A DNA stretch of 64,000 nucleotides from the human T2T-CHM13v2.0 reference genome, Homo sapiens. The notes beneath the pieces were generated by a model that did not search any database, was not told the DNA's origin, and saw only the letters and a list, made by a program, of their open reading frames with translations. This document shows, one piece after another, positions 1-7,957 of the stretch. Position numbers and translations under genes: made by a program. The stretch lies in the NCBI RefSeq assembly GCF_009914755.1, contig NC_060946.1. The stretch is one strand, 5' to 3'. Each line of letters starts with the position of its first letter. Within the stretch, counting starts at the first letter, position 1.

Positions 1-1090
1 TGAGAGAGACTGGCGAGGATCTCACTGAGGTCTGTGAGTTTGTAGGTGTTTCTGGGGTGTGGGGTACAGACTCCCGCTGAAATCTGGGCGTAGTTGGAGA
101 GTAGCTGGGACAGACAGGAGAGTCATGGGTGGCTGGGGGTGAGCTGCTGGATGATGGCAGTAAGAACATATGGTACATTATTGATGAATGAGGTGACTGT
201 GAAGAATCTCCAGAGGAGGACACGGGAGAACACAATGACATGAGTGACTGTCCTGCTTGGTTAGGAAAGGGAAACGTAAAGTTGTGGAATTCTGTTGATG
301 ATGGATGTGAGAGTGGTGAAGCCCTGCGGGATGATGTAGAGGACTTCCACATCCCTGGTGAGGAGCTGCCCCTTGGGTCTGAGTTTCTGGGAGGGGAGAG
401 GGAGAAGCTGGGTGAGGCAGGCATGAATCTTGAGGAGTCAGGGCTGGGGGACCGCTCATATTCTCCCGAGACCTGTGAGTCTCTGGGGGACTCCTGGGTG
501 CATGGGGCTGACTCCCGCAGGAACCTGGGGATGGCTGGAGAGTAACTGGGAGCCACAGGAGGGTCCCTGAGGCCTGGGGGTGAAGAGATGCAAGACACAG
601 GGGTGGAGCAGCGTGAGGCTCGTGAGTTTGTAGGTGATTCCTGGGTGTGGGGGGCTGACTCCAGCTGAAATCTGGGGTTGTTTGGAGAGTAGCTGGGAGA
701 CACAGGAGAACCCCCGAGAGCTGGGGGTGAGCTGCTGGGTGATGGCAGTAAGAACATGTGGTATATTATTGATGAACGTGGGGACTCTGAGGAGTCCTCA
801 GAGGAGGACACGGCAGAGCCCAATGGCTTCATTGATTGCCCATCACGGTGAGGACAGGGAAATGGGAGCTTGTGGGATTCTGGTGATGACAGAGGTGAGT
901 GTGGTGAAGCCCTAGGGGATGGTGAATGGTAGTTCCGGATCCCTGGTGAGGAGCTTCCCCTTAAGCCGGAGTTTCTGAGAGGGGAGAGGGAGAAGCTGGG
1001 TGAGGCTCGCATGGACCTTGGGGTGTCCGTGCTGGGGGACCGTTCATAAGAAGAGCCAGACAAGACCCTACTGTTCTTAGGTGCAGACAT
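1..1090 (-). CDS. 5' part of the Ser/Pro-rich repeat protein ORF (runs off the window start)
   Basis: CAT at 1088-1090 lies in the same context as the other copies (gtgcagacatgattagg). Bases 1-1090 are collinear with 6481-7570. Confidence 0.55.
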   Translation of the reverse strand, partial: MSAPKNSRVLSGSSYERSPSTDTPRSMRASPSFSLSPLRNSGLRGSSSPGIRNYHSPSPRASPHSPLSSPESHKLPFPCPHRDGQSMKPLGSAVSSSEDSSESPRSSIIYHMFLLPSPSSSPPALGGSPVSPSYSPNNPRFQLESAPHTQESPTNSRASRCSTPVSCISSPPGLRDPPVAPSYSPAIPRFLRESAPCTQESPRDSQVSGEYERSPSPDSSRFMPASPSFSLSPPRNSDPRGSSSPGMWKSSTSSRRASPLSHPSSTEFHNFTFPFPNQAGQSLMSLCSPVSSSGDSSQSPHSSIMYHMFLLPSSSSSPPATHDSPVCPSYSPTTPRFQRESVPHTPETPTNSQTSVRSSPVSL

Positions 1091-1151
1091 GATTAGGAAA
1101 CCTGCAGCTCCCAGGGGCCCCCACTAATGTTCTAACTCGCAGAAGGAAGGA

Positions 1152-1286
1152 GTGTGTGTGCGTGTGTGCGTGTGCGTGTGTGTGTGTGTGTTTGTGTGTG
1201 TGCGGTGTGAGGTATGGGCCCCTTAAGGAAATGGAAATCAACCAACCAATGGGACAGACAGACAGTCAGACAGACAGACAGACAGA
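1152..1286. repeat. (GT/GC)n and (GACA)n microsatellites, present in every unit between the ORF start and the promoter
   Basis: gtgtgtgtgcgtgtgtgcg... at ~1152-1210 and gacagacagaca... at ~1253-1286. Length and interruption alleles differ among units. Confidence 0.95.
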
Positions 1287-1407
1287 GATTCACTTGCCCA
1301 AGTGTTCTGTCCTGTCCTCTGAATCCGCTTTCAAGTCGCAAGACGCTGTGAGCTCCAAGTCCACGCAGAGTCCGCCAAACGCTCCGGCCGCTGATCCGCT
1401 CCGCGAA

Positions 1408-1479
1408 GATCTGAGTACAGGCCAGCCAGGGTGGGTTTAAATAGCCTCGGGCGCAGCCTAGCAGCGGAAAGGGCGGAGC
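1408..1479 (-). promoter_or_regulatory. Putative Pol II core promoter (GC box, TATA-like, Inr), copy 1
   Basis: Minus-strand TATTTAAA at 1443-1436, Inr TCAGATC with A(+1) at 1412 (31 nt spacing) and GGGCGGAGC at 1471-1479, in a locally CpG-rich patch. Confidence 0.65.
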
Positions 1480-1940
1480 TTCACTCCTCCTTTCCATCAG
1501 TCACCCCCAACTTTCCCAGGCTACACCTCGTAGGAAACTGTTCTCCTGCTTTGATTTCATGCGCCACCTTTGGGACAATCTAAGAACTTACAGGTTTTCT
1601 TGGCCAGATTTATTAGGAATTGTATGCACTGAAACACTGAAAACCAACTAGTGGTTCTGTGCTTCCCACGTTGTGGTTTTGACACCAGCAGCATCCTTGC
1701 CACAATCAAACCCCGGAGATCCGCAGATCTGTGTTGTAACAAGACCTCCCCCTGACCCTGATGCATGGCAGTTGAAGAAGTCTTTCCGTGTAAGCGAAAA
1801 GACTTTGAAGAAAAGGTGGAGATATGCGTAGTATAAACATTCTTTGGCTCTGGAACCACGTAGAGACTTGGGAGCCAGTTGGGTGGAGCATTCGTTGGAT
1901 GAGGGTGCTCGGGTTAGGAATATCAAGGTGTGGCTCCAGA

Positions 1941-1951
1941 TAATCCAATCA
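1941..1951 (+). promoter_or_regulatory. DUX4-type double-homeodomain motif TAATCCAATCA
   Basis: Exact match to the TAAYBBAATCA consensus. It recurs at 8419, 15016, 21321, 27795, 34392, 40989, 47586, 54187 and 60649. Confidence 0.6.
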
Positions 1952-2039
1952 TCTAATTAAGATTCCAGTTATGCTCATCTGTTTTAAAATTCCGTTTGGG
2001 TAAATTCTTTTAGTCAGACTGAGAATGGCAAAGCCTCAA

Positions 2040-2490
2040 CCCCAATTTCCAGGGAGGGTGGAGAGCCTCAGGTGGAGTTGATCACCAATAGCCTATGGTT
2101 TAACCCATCATGCCTATAGAATGAGGTCTCCATCAAAACCCAAAAGGACTGGGTTCAGAGAGCTTCTGGATAACACTTCCTGGAAGGTAGTGCACCCCTC
2201 CCCGCATGCCGGGCCCCACATTTATTTCTGAACTTTGTGCAATGTCCGCTAAAATACAACGGCAAATGTAAGTGTTTCCCTGCGTGCTGTGAGCTCTTCC
2301 AGCAAATGAATGCAACTAAATCTGGGAGTGGTGGCAACCTGATTTATAGCCAGTTGCTGAGAAGCACAGGTAAAACAACGTAGGGCTTCCCATTGTTATT
2401 GGTGTGGGAGGCCTGTCTGGCGGGACTCGGCCCTTTGGAATCTAATGCTATGTCCCGGTAGGTAGCGTCACCATTGAATTAGAAGACACA
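2040..2490 (+). mobile_element. MER21-like LTR fragment (one per unit)
   Basis: Segments resembling the MER21 consensus as I recall it: gatcaccaatagcctatggtttaacccatcatgcctatagaatgaggtctccatcaaaacccaaaaggac, gtaagtgtttccctg...ctgtgagc, gatttatagccagttg and tagcgtcaccattgaattagaagacac. Boundaries are approximate. Confidence 0.7.
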
Positions 2491-2659
2491 CATATGTGGA
2501 GAATAATCTTTCTGGTCATTTACTGCATGTCATATTTACAATATGTAATCAAATTCTTTATCCTGACCTTATGGCACCTGGGTTTAGGACCATGATTTGA
2601 ACCAAACGTTGGTCTGTCACTTTCTGAGTTTGAAACTTTATTTTGCCTTTAGCGTTTTG

Positions 2660-2965
2660 CTATTGCTTTTTCGTTTTCTTTTGTTTCGTTTCGTTTCTAA
2701 GTTCTGGGGTATATGTGCAGGATGTGCAGATTTGTTACTAAGGTAAACGTGTGCCATGGTGGTTTGCTGCACCTGTCAACCCGTCACCTAGGTATTAAGC
2801 CCAGCATGCAGTAGCTGTTTTTCTTAACGCTCTGCCTCCCGAAAGGCCCCAGTGTGTGTTGTTCCCCTTCCTGTGTCCATGGGATCTCACTTTTCAGCTC
2901 CCATTATAAGTGAGAAGGTGGCGTTTGGTTTTCTTTCCCTGGATTAGTTTGCTGACGATAATGAC
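2660..2965 (-). mobile_element. Truncated L1PA-type LINE-1 3' end with degenerate poly(A) tail (one per unit)
   Basis: A T-rich tract is followed by taagttctggggtatatgtgcaggatgtgcag...gtgccatggtggtttgctgcacc...cacctaggtattaagcccagcatgca...ttataagtgagaa, the reverse complement of a primate L1 3' UTR. Confidence 0.85.
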
Positions 2966-3009
2966 CACACATCACCACTGTTTTTGTTTTTTAGTATAAA
3001 GAGTAGTAT

Positions 3010-3015
3010 TTTATT
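3010..3015 (-). terminator. Candidate polyadenylation signal AATAAA for the minus-strand gene ending at 4445
   Basis: TTTATT on + at 3010-3015. On the minus strand it is followed by an A-rich stretch ~20 nt later and then GT-rich gtggtgatgtgtggtc. An alternative AATAAA lies at 3412-3417. Present in every unit. Confidence 0.45.
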
Positions 3016-3354
3016 GAATAAGATTTGCTCACAGAAAAATAAGCTTAAATCTACAATGAATGCCAGACCCTACAGCAGAAAGCAGTTTTCTCACTTTTCC
3101 ACACACAATGGTTCCTACTAAGTGAAAAAAAAAGCCATAAAATTTCATTCACAAATGTACTACTCTGTCTCAAAACATCTCACGAAATCATGCACTGTAC
3201 TAAAGCCATCAGATCAGTTCTTCAGTCAGGTTAAAGAAGTATCCCTCTAATAACTGACTTTTATAATGCTATCAATATCCACTCCCAATCAGTCTGCCAT
3301 TGTTAATGGTGTACAGCATTACTGAATACAACGGAATTGATGACGCCCATATCC

Positions 3355-3425
3355 ACAGACAAACCGTGACTTATGATGGTTTGACTTATGATTTTTCAAC
3401 GTTATGATGGGTTTATTGGAATATT
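3355..3425. mobile_element. Short Tigger/MER47-like DNA transposon remnant
   Basis: gacttatgatggtttgacttatgatttttcaacgttatgatgggtttatt resembles the CpG-decayed MER47/Tigger5 terminal sequence, from recall only. Confidence 0.45.
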
Positions 3426-3710
3426 AGATTCGTTTCTGAGTTACACTGGGTTTATGAGTATGCGACCCTACACTCCAGAAACAGCTGTATAAGGAAAAAC
3501 AGGAGTACCTAATAAAAATATGCTTAGTGACTTGGGATAAACCAATAGATGTTCACAAGTGATGGAGAGCCGTGAAAGAGAGATAGCGGTAAATAGTTAC
3601 AATAACACAATTTTCCTGCACCTGTCGAGGATTTCCCCCAAAAAACGCAGAATGTGGGATGCACCTAAGGCATATGAAAGAGAGAGGGCAGAAGGAGTAA
3701 GAGAGAAATA

Positions 3711-3848
3711 GGAGGAAGGAAGGAAGGAAGGAAGCAATAAGAAAGGAAGGAAAGAAGGAAGGAAGGACGGAAGGAAGGAAGGAAGGAAGGAAGGAAGGAA
3801 GGAAGGAAGGAAGGAAGGAAGGAAGGAAAGAAGGATGAAAGGAAGGAG
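3711..3848. repeat. (GGAA)n purine microsatellite, length-variable between units
   Basis: About 15 uninterrupted GGAA at 3769-3828, versus about 8 at 10247-10278 and about 14 from 23149. Confidence 0.95.
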
Positions 3849-3899
3849 AAAACACCGGTGTTACTAAAACCCCCCAAAAAATGGTTTCCCCCTGTGGGT

Positions 3900-4245
3900 A
3901 AGCCTACAATGTGGATGAATCTTGAAAATATTGTGCTACGTGTTATGTCAGTCATAGCAGCTCACCTATTGTGCAATTCCGTTTATAGGAAATGTCCACA
4001 ATATGGAAATCTATGCATATGGGATTGATCGCACTAGGTAGTTGCTACCTAGGGCTGAGGGTCAGGGAGAGGGTTTGAGACAGAATGAGGAGTGACTAAT
4101 GTCTACAGGGTCTTTCTCTGGTCGGGGGTGATAAGACGTTTTACAATGGATTGCGAATTAAAATTGAATGTGCACAACCACAGGTATACTAAAAGCCACT
4201 CAATTCATGACCTTTAATGGGGGAATCTTACGTGGCGTAGTCTCA
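3900..4245 (+). mobile_element. Old L1MB/L1M-type LINE-1 3' fragment (one per unit)
   Basis: tggatgaatcttgaaaatattgtgcta...tattgtgcaattccgtttataggaaatgtcca...gagtgactaatg...ggggtgataa...tgcacaacc...tatactaaaagccact matches the familiar L1MB 3' end pattern. Confidence 0.75.
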
Positions 4246-4444
4246 TGGAGACCACGGCAGACATAGTGAGAGAGAAAAAGGTGAGTAAATATCTGAAACG
4301 GAGGCAGAAACAGAGAGAATGAAAAGCCCTGTGAATGGAAGGGAGAGCGAAAAGGGAAAATGGTCCTATTTACAAATGACAGATGTGAAACTGGGGTTCA
4401 CATCAACAGTGTCACTGCCAGGAAGGAGGGTCATGCTAGCCATG

Positions 4445-7400
4445 TCACCGGTAGTGTGGCCCGCAGGGACGCCGACCTGCTGGAGCGTCGTGCCAGCATG
4501 GGCTGTGGCAACCACGTGGGCCAGCAGGAGGTTCCCGCTGCACAGCTGTGGGGTGAGGATAGACTGGGTGGTGATATCGGCCATTACAGGGGCCTCTTCT
4601 GCTGGCAAGAGTGTGACAGTAGCAAGTAGATGGACAGGCCTGCGTGTGAGGATGGAATGCAGGAGGGGTTCTTGTGCGGCTGGGTGTGGGGCCCTCACGG
4701 GAACCGTGGAGAAATGGCCAGGTAACTGCGTCATGTGGGCTAGTAGATTGGCCAGGGCTTCGAACTGAAGGACGATAACGGGGAGTAGCTGTCAGGCCCT
4801 GGGGGTGCCTGAGTGTAAGTGGAGATGGGTTTGGGGTCACTGAGGGATGCGTGGGAGCCATCCCTGTATAGGTACAGGTCATAGGGAGATAGTCTCGTGA
4901 GGCCTGTGAGTGTCTAGGGTTGTCCTGGGTGCCTGGGGCTGACTGTGGCAGAAATCTGGGGAAGGCTGGAGAGAAGCTGGGAGACCCAGGAGAGTCCCTG
5001 AAGGCAGGGGGTGAAGAGGTGAAAGAAATGGGGGAGGGTTGCAGTAAGGTCCGTGAGTTTGTAGGTGATTCCTGGGTGCGGGAAGCTGACTCCAGGTGAA
5101 ATCTGGAGATGGTTGGAGAGTAGCTGAGAGAGACAGAAGAGTCCCTGAGGGCTGGGGGTGAGAACATGAGGGAGACGGGGGAGTAAGTCAGTGAAATTCG
5201 TGAGTTCGGTGGTGTATCGTGGGTGCCTGGAACTGACTCCAGCTGGAATCTAGAGAAGTTTTGAGAGTAGCTGAAGGAGACACAAGAGTCCCTGTGGGCT
5301 GAGGGCAAAGACCTGAGACAGACCAGGGAGGACCTCAGTGAAGTCTGTGAGTCTGTAGGTGATTCCGGAGTGTGGGAGGCTGACTCCCGCTGAAATCTGG
5401 GCGTGGTGGGAGAGTAGCTGGGACAGACAGGAGAGTCCCAGGGGGCTGCGGGTGAAGACGTGAGAGAGACTGGGGAGTAACTCAGTGAAATTGCTGAGTT
5501 GGTTGGTGATACCTGGGTGCCTGGAACTGACCCCCGCTGAAATCTGGGCATGGTTGGAGAGTAGCTGGGACACACAGGAGAGTCCCTGAGGGCTGGGGGT
5601 GAAGACATGAGCGAGACCGGGGAGTAACTGAGTGAAACTGGTGAGTTTGGTGGTGACTCCGGGGTGCCTGGAACTGACTCCAGCTGAAATGTGGGCGTGG
5701 TTGGAGAGTAGCTGGGACAGACAGGAGAGTCCCTGAGGACTGGTGAAGACATGAGAGAGACTGGAGAGTAATTGAGTGAAATTGGTGAGTTTGGTGGTGA
5801 TTCCTGGGTGCCTGGAACTGACTCCCGCTGAAGTGTGGGCATGGTTGGAGAGTAGCTGGGACAGACGGGAGAGTCCCTGAGGGATGGTGAAGACATGAGA
5901 GAGACTGGAGAGTAATTGAGTGAAATTGGTGAGTTTGGTGGTGATTTCTCGGTGCCTGCAACGGACTCCCGCTGAAGTGTGGGCGTGCTTGGAGAGTAGC
6001 TGGGACAGACAGGCGAGTCCCTGAGGGTTGGAGATAAAGACGTGCTAGAGACTGAGGAGTAACTGAGTGAAATTGGTGAGTTTGGTGGTGATTCCGGGGT
6101 GCCTGGAACGGACTCCAGCTGAAATGTGGGCGTGGTTGGAGAGTAGCTGGGACAGACGGGAGAGTCCCTGAGGGATGGTGAAGACATGAGAGAGACTGGG
6201 GAGTAACGCAGTGAAATTGGTGAGTTTGGTGGTGATTTCTGGGTGCCTGCAACGGACTCCCGCTGAAGTGTGGGCGTGCTTGGAGAGTAGCTGGGACAGA
6301 CAGGCGAGTCCCTGAGGGTTGGAGATAAAGACGTGCTGGAGACTGGGGAGTAACTCAGTGAAAGTGGTGGGCTTGGTGGTGATCCCAGGGTTCCTGGAAC
6401 TGACCCGCGCTGAAATGTGGGCGTGGTTGGAGAGTAGCTGGGACAGACTGGAGGGTCCGTAAGGGCTGGGGGTGAAGACGTGAGAGAGACTGGCGAGGAT
6501 CTCACTGAGGTCTGTGAGTTTGTAGGTGTTTCTGGGGTGTGGGGTACAGACTCCCGCTGAAATCTGGGCGTAGTTGGAGAGTAGCTGGGACAGACAGGAG
6601 AGTCATGGGTGGCTGGGGGTGAGCTGCTGGATGATGGCAGTAAGAACATATGGTACATTATTGATGAATGAGGTGACTGTGAAGAATCTCCAGAGGAGGA
6701 CACGGGAGAACACAATGACATGAGTGACTGTCCTGCTTGGTTAGGAAAGGGAAACGTAAAGTTGTGGAATTCTGTTGATGATGGATGTGAGAGTGGTGAA
6801 GCCCTGCGGGATGATGTAGAGGACTTCCACATCCCTGGTGAGGAGCTGCCCCTTGGGTCTGAGTTTCTGGGAGGGGAGAGGGAGAAGCTGGGTGAGGCAG
6901 GCATGAATCTTGAGGAGTCAGGGCTGGGGGACCGCTCATATTCTCCCGAGACCTGTGAGTCTCTGGGGGACTCCTGGGTGCATGGGGCTGACTCCCGCAG
7001 GAACCTGGGGATGGCTGGAGAGTAACTGGGAGCCACAGGAGGGTCCCTGAGGCCTGGGGGTGAAGAGATGCAAGACACAGGGGTGGAGCAGCGTGAGGCT
7101 CGTGAGTTTGTAGGTGATTCCTGGGTGTGGGGGGCTGACTCCAGCTGAAATCTGGGGTTGTTTGGAGAGTAGCTGGGAGACACAGGAGAACCCCCGAGAG
7201 CTGGGGGTGAGCTGCTGGGTGATGGCAGTAAGAACATGTGGTATATTATTGATGAACGTGGGGACTCTGAGGAGTCCTCAGAGGAGGACACAGCAGAGCC
7301 CAATGGCTTCATTGATTGCCCATCACGGTGAGGACAGGGAAATGGGAGCTTGTGGGATTCTGGTGATGACAGAGGTGAGTGTGGTGAAGCCCTAGGGGAT

Positions 7401-7570
7401 GGTGAATGGTAGTTCCGGATCCCTGGTGAGGAGCTTCCCCTTAAGCCGGAGTTTCTGAGAGGGGAGAGGGAGAAGCTGGGTGAGGCTCGCATGGACCTTG
7501 GGGTGTCCGTGCTGGGGGACCGTTCATAAGAAGAGCCAGACAAGACCTTACTGTTCTTAGGTGCAGACAT
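4445..7570 (-). CDS. Ser/Pro/Thr-rich tandem-repeat protein with CTD-like PSYSP motifs, 1041 aa
   Basis: Uninterrupted 3126-bp ORF. Its ATG is the first one downstream of the predicted TSS at 7890 and has A at -3. It contains 11 PSYSP motifs. Confidence 0.65.
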   Translation of the reverse strand: MSAPKNSKVLSGSSYERSPSTDTPRSMRASPSFSLSPLRNSGLRGSSSPGIRNYHSPSPRASPHSPLSSPESHKLPFPCPHRDGQSMKPLGSAVSSSEDSSESPRSSIIYHMFLLPSPSSSPPALGGSPVSPSYSPNNPRFQLESAPHTQESPTNSRASRCSTPVSCISSPPGLRDPPVAPSYSPAIPRFLRESAPCTQESPRDSQVSGEYERSPSPDSSRFMPASPSFSLSPPRNSDPRGSSSPGMWKSSTSSRRASPLSHPSSTEFHNFTFPFPNQAGQSLMSLCSPVSSSGDSSQSPHSSIMYHMFLLPSSSSSPPATHDSPVCPSYSPTTPRFQRESVPHTPETPTNSQTSVRSSPVSLTSSPPALTDPPVCPSYSPTTPTFQRGSVPGTLGSPPSPPLSLSYSPVSSTSLSPTLRDSPVCPSYSPSTPTLQRESVAGTQKSPPNSPISLRYSPVSLMSSPSLRDSPVCPSYSPTTPTFQLESVPGTPESPPNSPISLSYSSVSSTSLSPTLRDSPVCPSYSPSTPTLQRESVAGTEKSPPNSPISLNYSPVSLMSSPSLRDSPVCPSYSPTMPTLQRESVPGTQESPPNSPISLNYSPVSLMSSPVLRDSPVCPSYSPTTPTFQLESVPGTPESPPNSPVSLSYSPVSLMSSPPALRDSPVCPSYSPTMPRFQRGSVPGTQVSPTNSAISLSYSPVSLTSSPAAPWDSPVCPSYSPTTPRFQRESASHTPESPTDSQTSLRSSLVCLRSLPSAHRDSCVSFSYSQNFSRFQLESVPGTHDTPPNSRISLTYSPVSLMFSPPALRDSSVSLSYSPTISRFHLESASRTQESPTNSRTLLQPSPISFTSSPPAFRDSPGSPSFSPAFPRFLPQSAPGTQDNPRHSQASRDYLPMTCTYTGMAPTHPSVTPNPSPLTLRHPQGLTATPRYRPSVRSPGQSTSPHDAVTWPFLHGSREGPTPSRTRTPPAFHPHTQACPSTCYCHTLASRRGPCNGRYHHPVYPHPTAVQREPPAGPRGCHSPCWHDAPAGRRPCGPHYR
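4920..6620. repeat. 144/147-bp monomer satellite block (ACRO1-like) inside the ORF; an equivalent block is in every unit
   Basis: The anchor ggagagtagctgggaca recurs every 144 or 147 bp. The core shows a 291-bp dimer period (tgggacagacaggcgag at 6001 and 6292). Confidence 0.9.
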
Positions 7571-7645
7571 GATTAGGAAACCTGCAGCTCCCAGGGGCCC
7601 CCACTAATGTTCTAACTCGCAGAAGGAAGGAGTGTGTGTGCGTGT

Positions 7646-7677
<32 letters not shown>

Positions 7678-7885
7678 TTGTGTGTGTGCGGTGTGAGGTA
7701 TGGGCCCCTTAAGGAAATGGAAATCAACCAACCAATGGGACAGACAGACAGACAGACAGACAGAGATTCACTTGCCCAAGTGTTCTGTCCTGTCCTCTGA
7801 ATCCGCTTTCAAGTCGCAAGACGCTGTGAGCTCCAAGTCCACGCAGAGTCCGCCAAACGCTCCGGCCGCTGATCCGCTCCGCGAA

Positions 7886-7957
7886 GATCTGAGTACAGGC
7901 CAGCCAGGGTGGGTTTAAATAGCCTCGGGCGCAGCCTAGCAGCGGAAAGGGCGGAGC
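7886..7957 (-). promoter_or_regulatory. Putative Pol II core promoter, copy 2 (same in all units)
   Basis: TATTTAAA at 7921-7914, Inr TCAGATC at 7892-7886 (A+1 = 7890) and GC box at 7949-7957. Other TATA copies start at 14511, 20816, 27290, 33887, 40484, 47081, 53682 and 60144. Confidence 0.65.

Noticed and set aside
1132-2337. Short 60-121 aa ORFs in the promoter and LTR region
   Set aside because: They overlap microsatellites, promoter and MER21-like sequence, and several are broken or altered between copies. Recurrence only reflects unit identity.
3553-3955. ORFs encoding (FLPS)n
   Set aside because: They are translations of the (TTCC)n microsatellite, and the frame shifts between copies with repeat length.
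4034-4052. Perfect 8-bp hairpin ctaggtag-ttg-ctacctag
   Set aside because: It is short, lies inside a decayed L1 fragment and is plausible by chance.
4319-4768. Plus-strand 149 aa and 89 aa ORFs
   Set aside because: They are antisense to the main ORF tail in GC-rich sequence, with no promoter evidence and no recognisable domain.
5250-6252. Alternative-frame ORFs of 106-305 aa (MQAPRNHH..., MSQLLSNH...)
   Set aside because: These are shadows of an in-frame tandem repeat on a C-rich strand. They end where monomers diverge, and their lengths vary between copies.
4920-6620. CRISPR-like repeat-spacer appearance
   Set aside because: The intervening sequences are themselves homologous (tandem monomers), the context is eukaryotic, and there are no cas genes.
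4445-7570. Calling the ORF POLR2A/RPB1, a mucin or an extensin
   Set aside because: There are no polymerase domains, no tandem heptads and no signal peptide. The similarity is limited to short motifs and composition, so no gene symbol was assigned.
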